Origin: Camelus ferus
Taxonomy: Eukaryota
Length of the DNA stretch: 64,000 nucleotides
Direction of reading: 5' to 3'
Assembly: GCF_009834535.1 (NCBI RefSeq)
Contig: NC_045697.1
Location: 15,936,001 to 16,000,000, forward strand
Part shown: positions 52,279 through 64,000 of the stretch, piece after piece
Layout: every line of letters begins with the position of its first letter
How positions within the stretch are numbered: the first letter of the stretch is position 1
Notes under the pieces: model-generated
The model's database searches: none
What the model was told of the DNA's origin: nothing
The model's input: the letters and a program-made list of their open reading frames with translations, nothing else
Made by a program: the position numbers and the translations under genes

Positions 52279-54428
52279 GCCACATCTAACAACTGGTCCA
52301 GTAGGAAGGAAACTAGGGGGATAAACTGCATCTTCCTCTCCTCCCACTGTCTCTCATAGGTATGGTAGCTCCCTTCCCCAGAAGCCAGAGGACCAGGGGG
52401 TCCCTTAGAGGTCAGCCTTCTGGAGCCTGGAGCAGAAAGGAGAGAGATCTGTGGGAAGAAGTGGAGAGGGAGCCAGCACAGAATGTCTTTACGCCATGTG
52501 AGGCCCTTCAAGAACCACTGGGGAGAAAAATGTTAGGTAGGAAAGTACCTCTTGGTTAAATGACTTGCAAATGAGACAACAGACAACAATGGGCAAATTG
52601 ACTGAGGAACCCTGTCTACACCAGGAAAGTCCAGTGCGATGTTGTAACAGACTCATCCACAGTGTGCCTCTCTGTTTCCCATCGCTGCACTCACAAAGGA
52701 AAATCCAGGCACTACAGTCTGAAACCTTCTTTCTCAGGTGCTTATGTGCTCACCTGCAGAGCCCTCTGTCTGTTGGTCCTCAGGGATGTGTGGTCTTTCT
52801 GAAAGTCAAAATCAAAGATTAGGACCTACTTCACACAGCCTAGTGTCCCTCAGCGAGTCATCAGGTGTCTGAGATCCTTTTATATGCATTCATTTAATAT
52901 TTTATTTACCTGCTGTCACTAAGTTAGAGGGATTTATAGGTGAGTTCAATGGATGACTGAAACGTGACATCATATATAACTTCTAATGTCAAATAATAGT
53001 AAACATTTTTAAAATTATGGCACACTTCCATGTTCAGGGAGGTAAAATGCAAAGCATGATTTTTTGAATCTTTGGAAAGACTCAGTTTAATCAGAGTACT
53101 TACGTACTTTTGTAAGATGTGGATGCATTAATGCTATTGTGTTATGTAGGACTTCCTTGTTTTCATCAGATGGCCTCAGATGCTCTTATTATTATTTTTA
53201 TCATTTATCTTCTTTTGGTTCTAGTGCTTTTTTTTTCATTTATCTTCTTTCTGTCAGTCTAGTGCTTCCCATAACTTCCAGCCTGCTGAGTCTAACCTAA
53301 AGAGGATTAAAAAATTAAATTTCCATATGTGTTGGAACTGTGTGTAAATGAAAGGTAAACAGGCACCAAGAGGCTATAGAAGACACACATTTTGATGAAT
53401 AAATGCTGTGACACTGATTTTGCCTTTTACTGGAATTTTCTTCTTCCTTTTAAAGGTTTTCAGATAAGCTCTGGGTTTTTAAATCCTTGTTCAGTTTGAT
53501 ATTTCTGTATTTCCACTTCATCCCATACCATTTCTCAGGTTTACTAGTTTCTTATGTTTATGATCTATTTAACATGGTCATTTTTAACATTTATTTTTCT
53601 CAAACTGTAAGTGATTCCAGCCTCCATATGGGTTGGGAGGATATGGAGGAAAAGTCTGAGATCTAAGTGGAGCCCAATTGGTTTTACAGGTTTAGTTACA
53701 GTCATGCTCAGTCAGGAGTTCCTGCCTGAAGGTTTCCACTCTTCTAATGAGTCACTTGGTTTTCTGTGGTGTCCTCAAGTTGACCCTTTCTGTATTTTTC
53801 CTATTTTATGTTCCTGTTTTTATTTATGGCAAAAGAGACCATACACGTGTTTTTTCAGTTTCTTTGGATTAGAAAGTCTGGATCTGAACTGGGAGTCTGA
53901 ACCATATCAATCCTTCACAAAGTAGATATCACAATACCTATTTTACTGTTGAAGAAATCGAGGACTTGAGTTTTTTTCACTTCCTTCAGATACCTTTGTT
54001 AGTCGGTGGAGAGCCAAGACTTATATACCAGCTTCCCTGGCTCAATATTCTTTTAAAAATAATTTTCAGATTTATTAAGTTCTCATTCGCTCAGAATTCT
54101 ATAAAAGGTGACACTGTATGGAGTGATAGGAAGGCCACTGTGTTCCTTCTAGATTGGAAGGTTCATTTTGGAGTCAGAGAATGTGTCATATTCACTTTCT
54201 GACAATTAGTGCCATCCAAAAATTTTGTTAATTCAACGAAGAATCACTGATTCTTAGGTTTCTATTCTACTTAGGTTTCTGTAGTTTCAGATTGCAGAGT
54301 AAATTAAAAAAAAAGTTATTCTTATAAATCTCCAAATTCATGTCTTATTGTCAATAAAGAGTCAGAAGATATTCATTTGATTACTCAAAGAGTATCAATT
54401 TAGCAAAGTGCCCTACATCACTATATAT

Positions 54429-54780
54429 TGTATTAGTTATCCACTGCTGTGTAACAAGTCATTCCCAAATTTAGTGGCTTAAAGCAAAATACATACATTG
54501 TCTCAGAGTTTCTGTAGGTTAAGAAGATAGGAATGGATGGCTGGATGCCCCCAATGCAGGGTTTCTCACCAGACTGCAATCAAGGTATCTTTGGGGCTGC
54601 GGTCATCTCAAGGCTCAACCGGAGAAGGATTCACTTCTAGGTTCATTCATGGGGCTGTTGTCAGTTATGCAAATGTGCACTGCCAAGCTCACTCACACGG
54701 CCAGGAGGAGGCCCCAGAGCCTCGCTGGGTGTTGACTGGGGACAGCAGTTCCATGCCATGTGGGCCTCTCCTTTGGGTTA
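54429..54780 (-). mobile_element. MLT1E/F-like LTR fragment
   Basis: tgtattagttatccactgctgtgtaacaa...ttagtggcttaaagcaa...ggggctgcggtcatctcaaggctcaac. Confidence 0.85.
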
Positions 54781-55399
54781 TGCAACAGATAAGGAGGTTT
54801 TGTGCTGTGGTGATGACTGGGCTCTGTGGCAGCCAAAACATGGGTATGAGTCATTTCCTCTTCCCAAGAAGATTATAGTGGAGCTAAAGAGATGGCCTAT
54901 ATACAACAGGAATTCTTAATTAATACAAGGCTGTATGTAATTCTTCGTAAAAATGAGTGGCCCTTGCTTATTATAGATAGAGCTTGTATCTGAATCCCTA
55001 TGGTTGAAATGAGAAAATCACTTGTTCTGCAAGAAAGAGATTGTATAAGAGTGCAGAGAAAGGGAAGATGTCTGAGAAATGAAGGTACTAGTGTAATATA
55101 ACTATTTACCTGGGAATCGAGTCACAATGTTTAGATTTCAAAGAAAGGCTCCTAATGACTCTCATAAATTTTAAATCATGAAGCATTTACTGTGCATGCC
55201 ATGTATGTCACACACTGTACAAAATATTATAAACAGAATCTTCCTTTATGCACATAATAACCCTGAAATTAGTTAGCATTACTTCTATCTTTACAGAGGA
55301 GTTCCATGAGACTCAGTTTTGCAAACTAGTGTGCTCAATGGTAGAGCTAAGATTTGAGTTTGCAATGCCATGTTGCAAGTACTCTATCATACAGTCTTT

Positions 55400-56425
55400 T
55401 TTTTTTTTTAATTTATTCAATACTTTTATCCAAATAAAAATGTTTCAGGACCTGTTTAAGGCCTTGGAGATATAGAGATGAACAAGGTAGAAGTCTTCCC
55501 TGATGTCTTATGGTTTATATCCTAAGTGGGAGAAGTAGTGGGCTAGGGAGACAATTAAGAAATGAATAAACCAGAAAAACACCAGGTAGAGATAAGTTAT
55601 GTATCTGTCTTTCCTCCACTGGAATGTAAACTTGAGAACAAAGACTTGTCATTCTATCACTATATTCCACACTCCACTAATTCCACAATAACACAGAGTA
55701 GGAGTTCAATCAAGTGACCAGAAATAAATGAGCAAGAAATAGAATATGCCAAGTAGAAAACAAAATGAAGATGGGATTGAGAGGGACTGAGGGATTGCTT
55801 GAGATTAGCTAGGCAGGGAGTGCTTCACTGAAGCGCTCAATATTTGAGCTGAGGTCTGAAAGACAAGAGAAAGCCAGACAGCCAAACATCTGGATGAAGA
55901 ACATTCCGTACAGAAATGAACAGCTAGTGCAAAGGCCCTGGGGTGGGAGTAGACTTGGTGATTTTTATCAACAGAAAAGAGATAAGTGTGTGGGTTGAGG
56001 GGGAAAGGTGGATAAGAGAGGAGGCCAGAGAGATGGCCAGGGTGAGGTCATGTGAGGCTCAGGAGGCCACTGGGTTGAGTTTGGATTTTATTTTATTGTT
56101 TTTTTAATTTAATTTATTTTATTTTATTTTTTACTAAGGATTTTATTTTAAATGTGATAGAAGCCACTGGAAGGGTTTTAACCAGGAAATCAGGAAAATA
56201 ACAGTCTTTTACAACAGTCCAGGTAAGAAGTAATGGAAGCTTAGATTAGCAGATAGAGGTAAAAACAGAGGGAAGGGGGCAATGTCATTCACTGATCAGC
56301 TGCTTATTGATGATTTGAATATGGGTGGGAGTTGTTGAAGAAAGCTGATAAATCAAGGGTGACTCTTAACTTTGTGACCTTGTTTTTTTTTTGGGAAATA
56401 GGGGTGATGTTTCCTCAGGTATTGA
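55400..56425 (-). mobile_element. L2 element containing an opposite-strand L2 tail at ~55600-55735
   Basis: ggagatatagagatgaacaag...atttgagctgaggtctgaa...tgcaaaggccctggggtgggag...aagccactggaagggttttaacc. Confidence 0.8.
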
Positions 56426-56442
56426 AGACTGAGACCCAAAGC

Positions 56443-56695
56443 TGTATGAGTTTGCTAGGACTGCCTTAAAAAGGTGCTATAAACCAGGTGCCTTAAACAG
56501 CAGAAATTTATTGTCTCATTGTTCTGAAGACTAGAAGTCTAAGATCAAGATTTGGTAAGGATGGTTCCTTCTGAGTGTTGTGAGGAAGAATCTATTCCAT
56601 GCTTCTGCCCTGGCTTCTGGTGGTTGGCTGACAAGCCTTGGGGTTCCTTGGCTCAGATGCATTACCCCCACCTCTGCATTAATTTCTATGTGGCA
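56443..56695 (-). mobile_element. MLT1B/C-like LTR fragment
   Basis: tgtatgagtttgctaggactgcc...cagaaatttattgtctcattgttctgaagactagaagtctaagatcaag. Confidence 0.85.
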
Positions 56696-56820
56696 TGAGC
56701 AAGTTGAAGGTAACGGGGACAACTCACAGTTTCACTCCTGACTATGTTAATTAAACTTTGACTATTAGATTCCAAGTAGTGATGCTAGTTACTTTGGAGA
56801 GCAGAGAACAAAGAGGCAGA

Positions 56821-57142
56821 TCATAAATACAAAACAGAAACAGACTCATAGACATAGAACACAAACTTGTGGTTGCCAAGAGGATGAGGGGTGGGAAGGA
56901 ACAGACTGGGATTTCAAAATTTGTAGATACTGACAGGCATATGCAGAATAGATGAACAAGGTTATACTGTGTAGCACAGGGAAATATATACAAGATCTTG
57001 TGGTAGCTCACAGAGAAAAGAAATGTGACAATGAATATAGGTATGTTCATGTATAATTGAAAAATTGTGCTCTACACTGGAATTTGATACAGCATTGTAA
57101 AATGAATATAACTCAATTAAAAAATGTTAAAAAAAAAAAAAA
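56821..57142 (+). mobile_element. Young LINE-1 3'UTR with polyA
   Basis: Same 3'UTR type as 19966-20868; TSD aaagaggcaga (56810-56820) / aaagagacaga (57143-57153). Confidence 0.95.
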
Positions 57143-58071
57143 AAAGAGACAGACAACAGCCAGAAAAGTTTCATGGAAAAGTGCCTGAAGGATGGGGAGA
57201 GTTTTGGCAACATTAAATTCCAGGCTTCCCTTGTCATTTGAATAAGTAAATGGATAAGGAAATGTATCATAACCACAGAGAAGCATTTACTGTTTTTCTC
57301 TTCACAGAGGGGAAGATTGCCAAGGACCTACTCAACTTGTTATTCCAGCAAGTAACTTCAGCCATTTCCAGATGGAGCTGACATCTACCCAGGAGGGAAC
57401 TCTGCCTTACAAATATCCCTTGCTTCCCAGTGAAAGCATCTTTCCTACAGTCTCCGTTAAGAAAGCAGGTCTCCACTGCCATTGGTTTAGTCTCGTCCAT
57501 GTCCAGGAATATGAAGTGAAGATAATGGGGAAAACAAAGTCACTGCACTGGGAATGGCTTCCACTTCTAACACGGCATGCCTAGATATGATTTGAGGGGT
57601 TGACTGAAAATTCTAGTCTGATCATGCCACTTCCTTGACTAAAGAGTTTTAATTACTTCCCCTTGTTTTTAGACAAAAACCTCCTGATCCTAAACTTTGC
57701 CTAGAAGAGCTCTGGTCTTGCTAATTCTCTCTCTCCTTTGCTTTCCAGCCTCATTGGACTTCCTTTATTTCTCCCCCCACCTTCCCCACATGACTTACTC
57801 CCTTTTGCATACGGAACTTCAAATGTACCACAAGGGTCTCCCTTGTAAATTTGGTTTTCTTGCCCTCCCACTACTCTAGCTTAATGATTCCCACTTACCC
57901 TCCAGATAACTGAAGCACCTTAGTCTTCAGGGGGCATCAGAAACCTGTTTCACCCTCGTTTGGCACTCCACACTTGTCTGCTTCTTTTTGTAGTATCTTT
58001 CAAAGAAGTAGGTAGGTTTTGACAAAAGGTAATTCATTTGTAATGCAGGCAAATTTAGGATATTCCATGCA

Positions 58072-58090
58072 TCACCACTAGGGGGAGGGC
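58072..58090 (+). promoter_or_regulatory. Candidate CTCF site
   Basis: tcaCCACTAGGGGGAgggc, in unique CpG-containing sequence. Confidence 0.4.
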
Positions 58091-58509
58091 CGCACTGCCC
58101 AAGTTTTCGGCTTCAGAACTTTGGTTGTAGGTTATTCAATGGAATAAAGGGCAAAAGAGAAAGTTAAGGGCAGCTGCCCAGCTGCAGGGGAGAAGTGGGA
58201 AATGAAGGCAGTGTTAGTGCTGGAGGATAGCAAAACAAGACGACACAAGACAGAAATCCGACAGGAATGGTCGTTGGTGATTACGGGTGTTGAAGGGGTG
58301 CAGCACGATGTGTTACACGTTTGGTACTGAATGCCCTTGGGAGGAGGAGACGTCTTTGCACAGGGTGCTGCTACGGGCTTTGGTGCAACAAGCCCCCACT
58401 ATGCAAAAACTGGAGATAATCACGTAGAAACTCAAACGGGGGGAATTTACAAGACTCTCGATAGATGAGCTGCAGAATTGAATTTTGTTGTACACAAGAG
58501 GTTGAGAAG

Positions 58510-58870
58510 CTGGGGGTTAAAATCTTGGGCTATGGTTCGGAGCCCCAGATCTGTCACCTACTAGTTGGGTTACCTTGCACAAGTGACATTACTTCTCTGT
58601 GCCTTGGTTTCCTCATCTGCAAGTTGAGCATAAGATTAGTCCTGGGAGGGTTATTGTGAACAATTAAAAACAGTATCATGCTTATTATGTGTCAGGTGTT
58701 AGAGTCCTTTATGTCTGAATCCTTTGGTTCTCAGAGCAACATATTACACACATATTATTGTTATGATGATTATCATCCCTGTTTCATACCTGAGGAATCT
58801 GAGGCATAGAGGAGTTTGGAAATTTGCTGAAGTCACAGAGCCGGAAGTAGCAGACTCAGGAGGTGAACCC
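58510..58870. mobile_element. Two MIRs in opposite orientation (+ ~58510-58665, - ~58680-58870)
   Basis: ctctgtgccttggtttcctcatctgcaa and tgaggaatctgaggcatagaggag. Confidence 0.75.
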
Positions 58871-61800
58871 ACTGGGCCCTTAGAACAATGCCTGGCTTAC
58901 ATCCAGGCAGTTGGAAAGGGTAAGATGTTATTCTGCTGTTTCCTGGGAAGGCCCTGCCTAGCTGTATGTATTTGGTGGTTCAGGAGTCAGACATCTATTT
59001 TTTAAAACCTGATTTTGTGTGAGGGCAGGTAGGGAGGGAGGGAGGGAGTGGAGAATGGCAGGGGAAAACTGTCAGGCCCTTGGTAGGTGCAGCTTCATGG
59101 ACTATTTTTCGTTGGTTTGTGAGAGGATTCTGGATGACTGGGGTCCCAGCAGCACCTGTGTGGACAGCCCAGATGGGTGATCTGTCTCTTCATTTTTGTG
59201 TGAAACATGGCAAAGTGTCTCTACCTCCAGAAAGCCTGAGAGAATCTCAGTGCTGTTGGGGACCCCTCACCTCTCAGCTCACAATGAGGTGAGGTTGGGC
59301 ATTGTGACTCTGACTCCTAGGTAGACAGCTTTGATCCCACTGAGGACCCCAGAGGACGAGACAGTGGGAGAAGCTTCTAGAAGAACAGGGTTTCAATCCA
59401 TGGGCTGGAGTGAAACAAGAAAACACTTCAGAGGGCATGTTACACACCAGGGGAGACCTTGAGAAATAACCAAGGGAGAATTTAGAGGAGGGAAATTGGA
59501 ATATCTTTAACATGAAGGTGAGGTCATTAGGCATCCAAAAGTAATGACTCTCAAAGGGAACACATCCAAACTTATGTCTGGGTTTACAGGAGAGACAGGC
59601 GTCTATTTCCTTTTGAGTAAATGATTCTATATTGTAGAAAGGATATGCCTGATGTATTATATAGTACTTATTTCCTGAGACATCTACCCTCAGAAATCTG
59701 CATCTTTGTACCACAGTTTGATTGATGTGAGAGGAAGAGGCTATAGACAGGCACCAAGTTATAATTCAAGTTCAGTTTATGGCTCAGTTTAGAAGCAAAA
59801 TGGTAGTCAACATAAGTTTTAGTAACATATTCTCTTAGGAAAGTACTTAATACCGTCCTACAGGATTTGCCACATGAATAGAGACCACAGTAAGCGTTAT
59901 TGAAATCTAATATTTTTATGTTCTGTAACTGAGTGCTGTGTCCACCTTATAGGAGCAGAGATGCATGCTTGAAGTCTATATGTTCGCAGTATAGGTATCT
60001 ATTTAAGTTCCTGAAGGGCAGGACTCCCTCTGCTTATCTGGTTTTATATGATGTCCAGAGTTCTGCTAGGTATAGATAGATATTCCACTGATATTATTTA
60101 AAGCTACTGATGCTGGTGTGGTCTTTCTTGTCACTCATCAAAAAGTACAATTGGAAAATATATCCAACTCTCCTAAGAGCTAATGACCCCATGAGATGGG
60201 AAAGATTTAGGTTCCCCTGCTAGGGATGTGGATCAGAAGGACCGGGAACCAGCCTCAGAGATTAGAGGGATGTCAATGTGTACTGCGGTTGCTACAAATT
60301 AACACTGTTTCCATCAGATTTATTACAGTCTGGTCAAGGTTAATAAATTTGTAGTTCATTTCTCATTGATGTATTGAAGAGGTAGAACAGTAAATGATCA
60401 TTTCTGCCACTTTCCTTAGTTGATATAATCATGATAATTGGTTCTGGAGTGTGACAAGGCATGGAGGTGATGGGGGATTGTATGCAACATGTAGGGGTCA
60501 GCTACCATGGGAAAGAGTTTGTAAACATCCTCTCAGATTGAGAAGACTGTACCTGTGAAGTGTTTCAGGTAATCACCCCTCCCCTGGGCTTGAGCAATGG
60601 CTCTCTGTTATTGAGGGGAGGTAAACAGGAAGTGATAATCCTGAGTTTTGAAAAGCTTTATTAGAGGTAGATAGAGATGACTAGTAAGGTTGCACCAGAA
60701 ATGCTTAATGGGTTTCACTCAGCTTTGTGTGTTTTCCCAGAGCGCTTTTTAAAATGGTGAAGCTCCAGTCCTAAGTATAATGATAATACCTAACATGTAC
60801 CGAGGGCTTAGCTCTGTGCAAGGAGACAGGTGCGCTTGAGAAATTAGCCAAACAATTCGATGCCCTTGTGGTTGTGATCTGTACGACACTAGGCAGGTGG
60901 AATTGCAGCTCTGAAAGTGAGCGACCTCTCTTCCATTGGCTGTGGGAAGGTCAAACCCTGGGGAAAAGGCAGGGCGCTCTTTTCTGCACTCAAATTTGGA
61001 GCCAAGGATAGCTTGACTGTGGGACATGAGTACAGTTTCAAACTTGGCCAAGAGATACAGATACACAGTAATATTGATAATTGCCTAGTAACATAGATAA
61101 ATAGTTATGCAGCAACATAGATAAAAAAGTAATAATGGGATTCAGCCACAAAATGCTTAATCTTGCTTTGCTTTCCCTGAATTTTCTTTTCTCAAATGGA
61201 ACTTTGTCTTTAACAGTGGAATTTCAGCTATTTATTAAAGATACGTAAGTTTGGGGTATAGACTAATATAAAATTAAGAACATAGGCTTGGCTCTAGACC
61301 TTAATGACTATAGCTATGTGAAAATCAAAATCAAAATTAAGTCAAACTGTTTCTGGGGTAAGAAGTCCTTATTTGTAAAATGCAGAGGGTTGGACTCAAC
61401 GATGTCCAAGATGACGTTTAGAACTGAATTCTATGATGGATACTGAGCTATCACGTATATTCTAGTCAGTTTGGGACCTAGCAGCAGTGCTATGGTGACT
61501 GTTTGCCTTGACATCTGACAGTCCTCGGCTGTTACTCCGAGAGGCATGTCCATGGCTGCGCAAATCCACTGGTTAATACATTAGAGGAGCAGTAACTAAA
61601 AAGATTACATACCGGACCTTAATTTACAGCTAAAAGTGCAACACAACATCACAGGCAGAGATGGTTTTGGTAGAAATGTTTTTAAAAAAAAGTTAAAAAA
61701 TAGTGATTTGATGCACTGACCTACTCATTGCTGGGAGAAAAAAAATCACATTAGCATATAAGTTGGCATCTTAAAAATGATTGAAGAGAAGAGAGAGTAA

Positions 61801-61949
61801 AAGAAAAGGAGACATAAAGGAAGGAAGACTAGGATTGGAAGGAGAAAGGAAAAGACAGGAGAGGGAAGAAGGTGGGAAGGAACAAAACCGTGAGCGGAGA
61901 GAGGGTCCAGGCAGTCTCAGTGCCCTGGTGACTAAGAGAATGGCAGAAA

Positions 61950-62265
61950 ACCAACACATTGACGCTCAGCTCTGTCTTCTACTAATTGTGTGACTTTGGA
62001 GGTTACTTAGCCTCTCAAAGCCTCAGTTTTCTCATCCATAAAATGTGTCGAATAATGTGTGATGTTCCCACTTTCCTTACCAGGGTGCACATGTCATCAT
62101 GATGCTGTCAGGCGACACAAATGAGGCACTGGGCTCAGTGCCTGGTTAAGTCTCTATGAGCCTCAGCTCTTATTATTATTGTTGTGGTAGTGCTGAGGAT
62201 TAAATGGTGAAATGCATCAGAAATTCTTTAAAACAATTCCTGGCACCTGCTAAGCAGTAAATGGT
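61950..62265 (+). mobile_element. MIR SINE fragments
   Basis: tgtgtgactttggaggttacttagcctctcaaagcctcagttttctcatccataaaatg; tgaggattaaatg...cctggcac. Confidence 0.75.
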
Positions 62266-62720
62266 AGAAAGAAAAAGAATTGTAGTTGGATTTATGGAGA
62301 CTATTAATAATGACCTCTGCTGGATGCACTATGCTGTCATCACCATGATCTGGCAAGGCTGGATCGTCACTTTCTTTTGAGGGTGAAAAAAAATCAATGC
62401 TTGGAGGTTACCTGACCCACAACCATGATGCTGGGAAGAGAGAGGTGTGAATTCAAAGATGTTAATTTGTCCAATGTGACAAATCCAAGCTCTTTCTTCT
62501 ACACCATTGCCAGACATCACCTTTGGCTTTTTAATAATTTATTCATTTTTTTGTAAACAATAACTCTGAGAGGTAATTATTCTGCTTTTCACTTACAGAA
62601 AATCCCAGAAAAGAAGATCTAAACCCATCATTCTCAGATTCCAAAGCTTAATTTCTTTCCATACTGAGAACATACAGATGAGTATTTTGTAAACTGTTGA
62701 GTGTTTAGCCCTCTGCACAC

Positions 62721-63058
62721 CAGCATCGTCCAACGAAAATAGAACATGAGCTTCCCAAATAAGACACAGAGGTGATTTAATATTGTCTAACAGTCACCCT
62801 AAAGCAAGTGAAAAAGAAACAGGTGAAGCTAATTTTAATATATTTTATTGCACTCAATGTATCTGAAATACTTTTACTTAATCATGTAATCAGTATGAAG
62901 ATGACTAATGACATGTTGGCATTCTTTCCCCCCCTGTGCTTAGTCTTTGCTATCTGTTGTGTATCTTATATTTACAGCACATCTCAACTGAGGTTAGCCT
63001 CAATTCAGATGGTGTTTGAAATCCTCAAGTGGCTAGTGGCTACCACATTGGGTAAGAG
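62721..63058 (+). mobile_element. MER33-like hAT-Charlie MITE
   Basis: cagcatcgtccaacgaaaatag...aaaaagaaacaggtgaagctaattttaata...gtggctagtggctaccacattgg. Confidence 0.85.
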
Positions 63059-64000
63059 TAGATGTAGAAAATAGCTTTGTCAATTTGGATGATTCTCCAA
63101 GCCAAGAAGGGCATTGAGGTTGGTAACTACAGTAGGATAGCTGCAGTATAACAAAAAAGGAAAAAGGTGATCAGAGATTTTAGGAATTAATCCTGCCCAC
63201 GAAATTTTGTACTACATTCGCTAAATCTACAAAGAATAGAAGAGTCTAACTTATTTTGCTCTTAAGAAAAAAATTGATTTGTTCACTCAAAATAGGAGCT
63301 CAATTCCTTTTACCTTTTTAAAAGCAAACTTAACAAAGGTAGTTAGGATTTTACGTGGGACAAGAGGAAATATTTAGAATTCATTTACCCAGTATTTCTG
63401 GAATACAAAACAGGGAGATGGGAGAATGGAAACTGTGGGGATGCCGTCAAAGACTTTTATCAGCAAAGCTGTCACTTTATAGAGACATAATCTGACAGGC
63501 ACTACGCTGAGTTTGCTTTGGTTGAAAGCTTCCACTTGTAAAGTAATTTTATGAACTCTACTCAGAAATTCATGGGAAAAGGCAAGAGACAATATCACAT
63601 GCTTCTGCCTCTTTTATTTACTTATGTCACATGAACCAGATGTCAGAACTCTTAAATTTGGAGATTTTTTAAGCCCCATGATGAACTAGATAATAGTTAG
63701 AGTTGACAGTCAGGGCCAAGGAATTTCAAGAAAATGCTAAACCTCTGACATTCAGAAGCCACAGTTACATAATACTTCACTGGAGTATTTAATAGTTCCA
63801 GAGAGTTACAAAGGGGTTCTCAGAGTTCCCTTTCCAAACCCAGACCACAGTCAGCTCAATTTTTATGTTTGTAGTTCAACCGGCCAAAATATCTGTCTGT
63901 GCCTGGGTTGTGCGTAGTAACTTTAGGTGTATCCACATTTAAATGTTATTTCTTCATTTAGTATGCCTTGCTTGGTTTTCTTCATCTACACGGCTGCTTT

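Noticed and set aside
20000..57142. Large-scale inverted similarity between ~20000-20310 and 56821-57130
   Set aside because: Two independent copies of the same young L1 subfamily; the second has its own TSD
59274..59714. 146-aa minus-strand ORF
   Set aside because: GTG start, no recognisable homology or exon features

Overview
Mammalian non-coding genomic DNA (intronic or intergenic), most likely from a camelid: it carries three copies of a tRNA-Ala-derived SINE matching the Tylopoda vic-1 type. I found no host protein-coding exon, rRNA, genuine tRNA gene or CRISPR array. The ORF track is chance ORFs, simple repeats and L1 remnants. The window is a patchwork of recent L1 3' fragments, ancient L2/MIR, MaLR (MLT1) and ERVL LTRs, a decayed ERVL pol (RNase H-integrase) segment, and hAT/Tigger MITEs (MER5A, MER58, MER33, MER82), with one 100-N assembly gap. 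Repeat-free, CpG-retaining stretches between them may be regulatory. The most unusual structures are: (1) an 89-bp inverted repeat at 82/89 identity, 2.7 kb apart, made of ancient L2 tails; (2) a single TSD-flanked L1 with a sense-antisense-sense internal inversion; (3) a SINE plus L1 pair inside one TSD; (4) a tail-only poly(A) retro-insertion. I see no evidence for a new gene system. Repeat family names come from recalled consensus sequences, and boundaries of old repeats are approximate.
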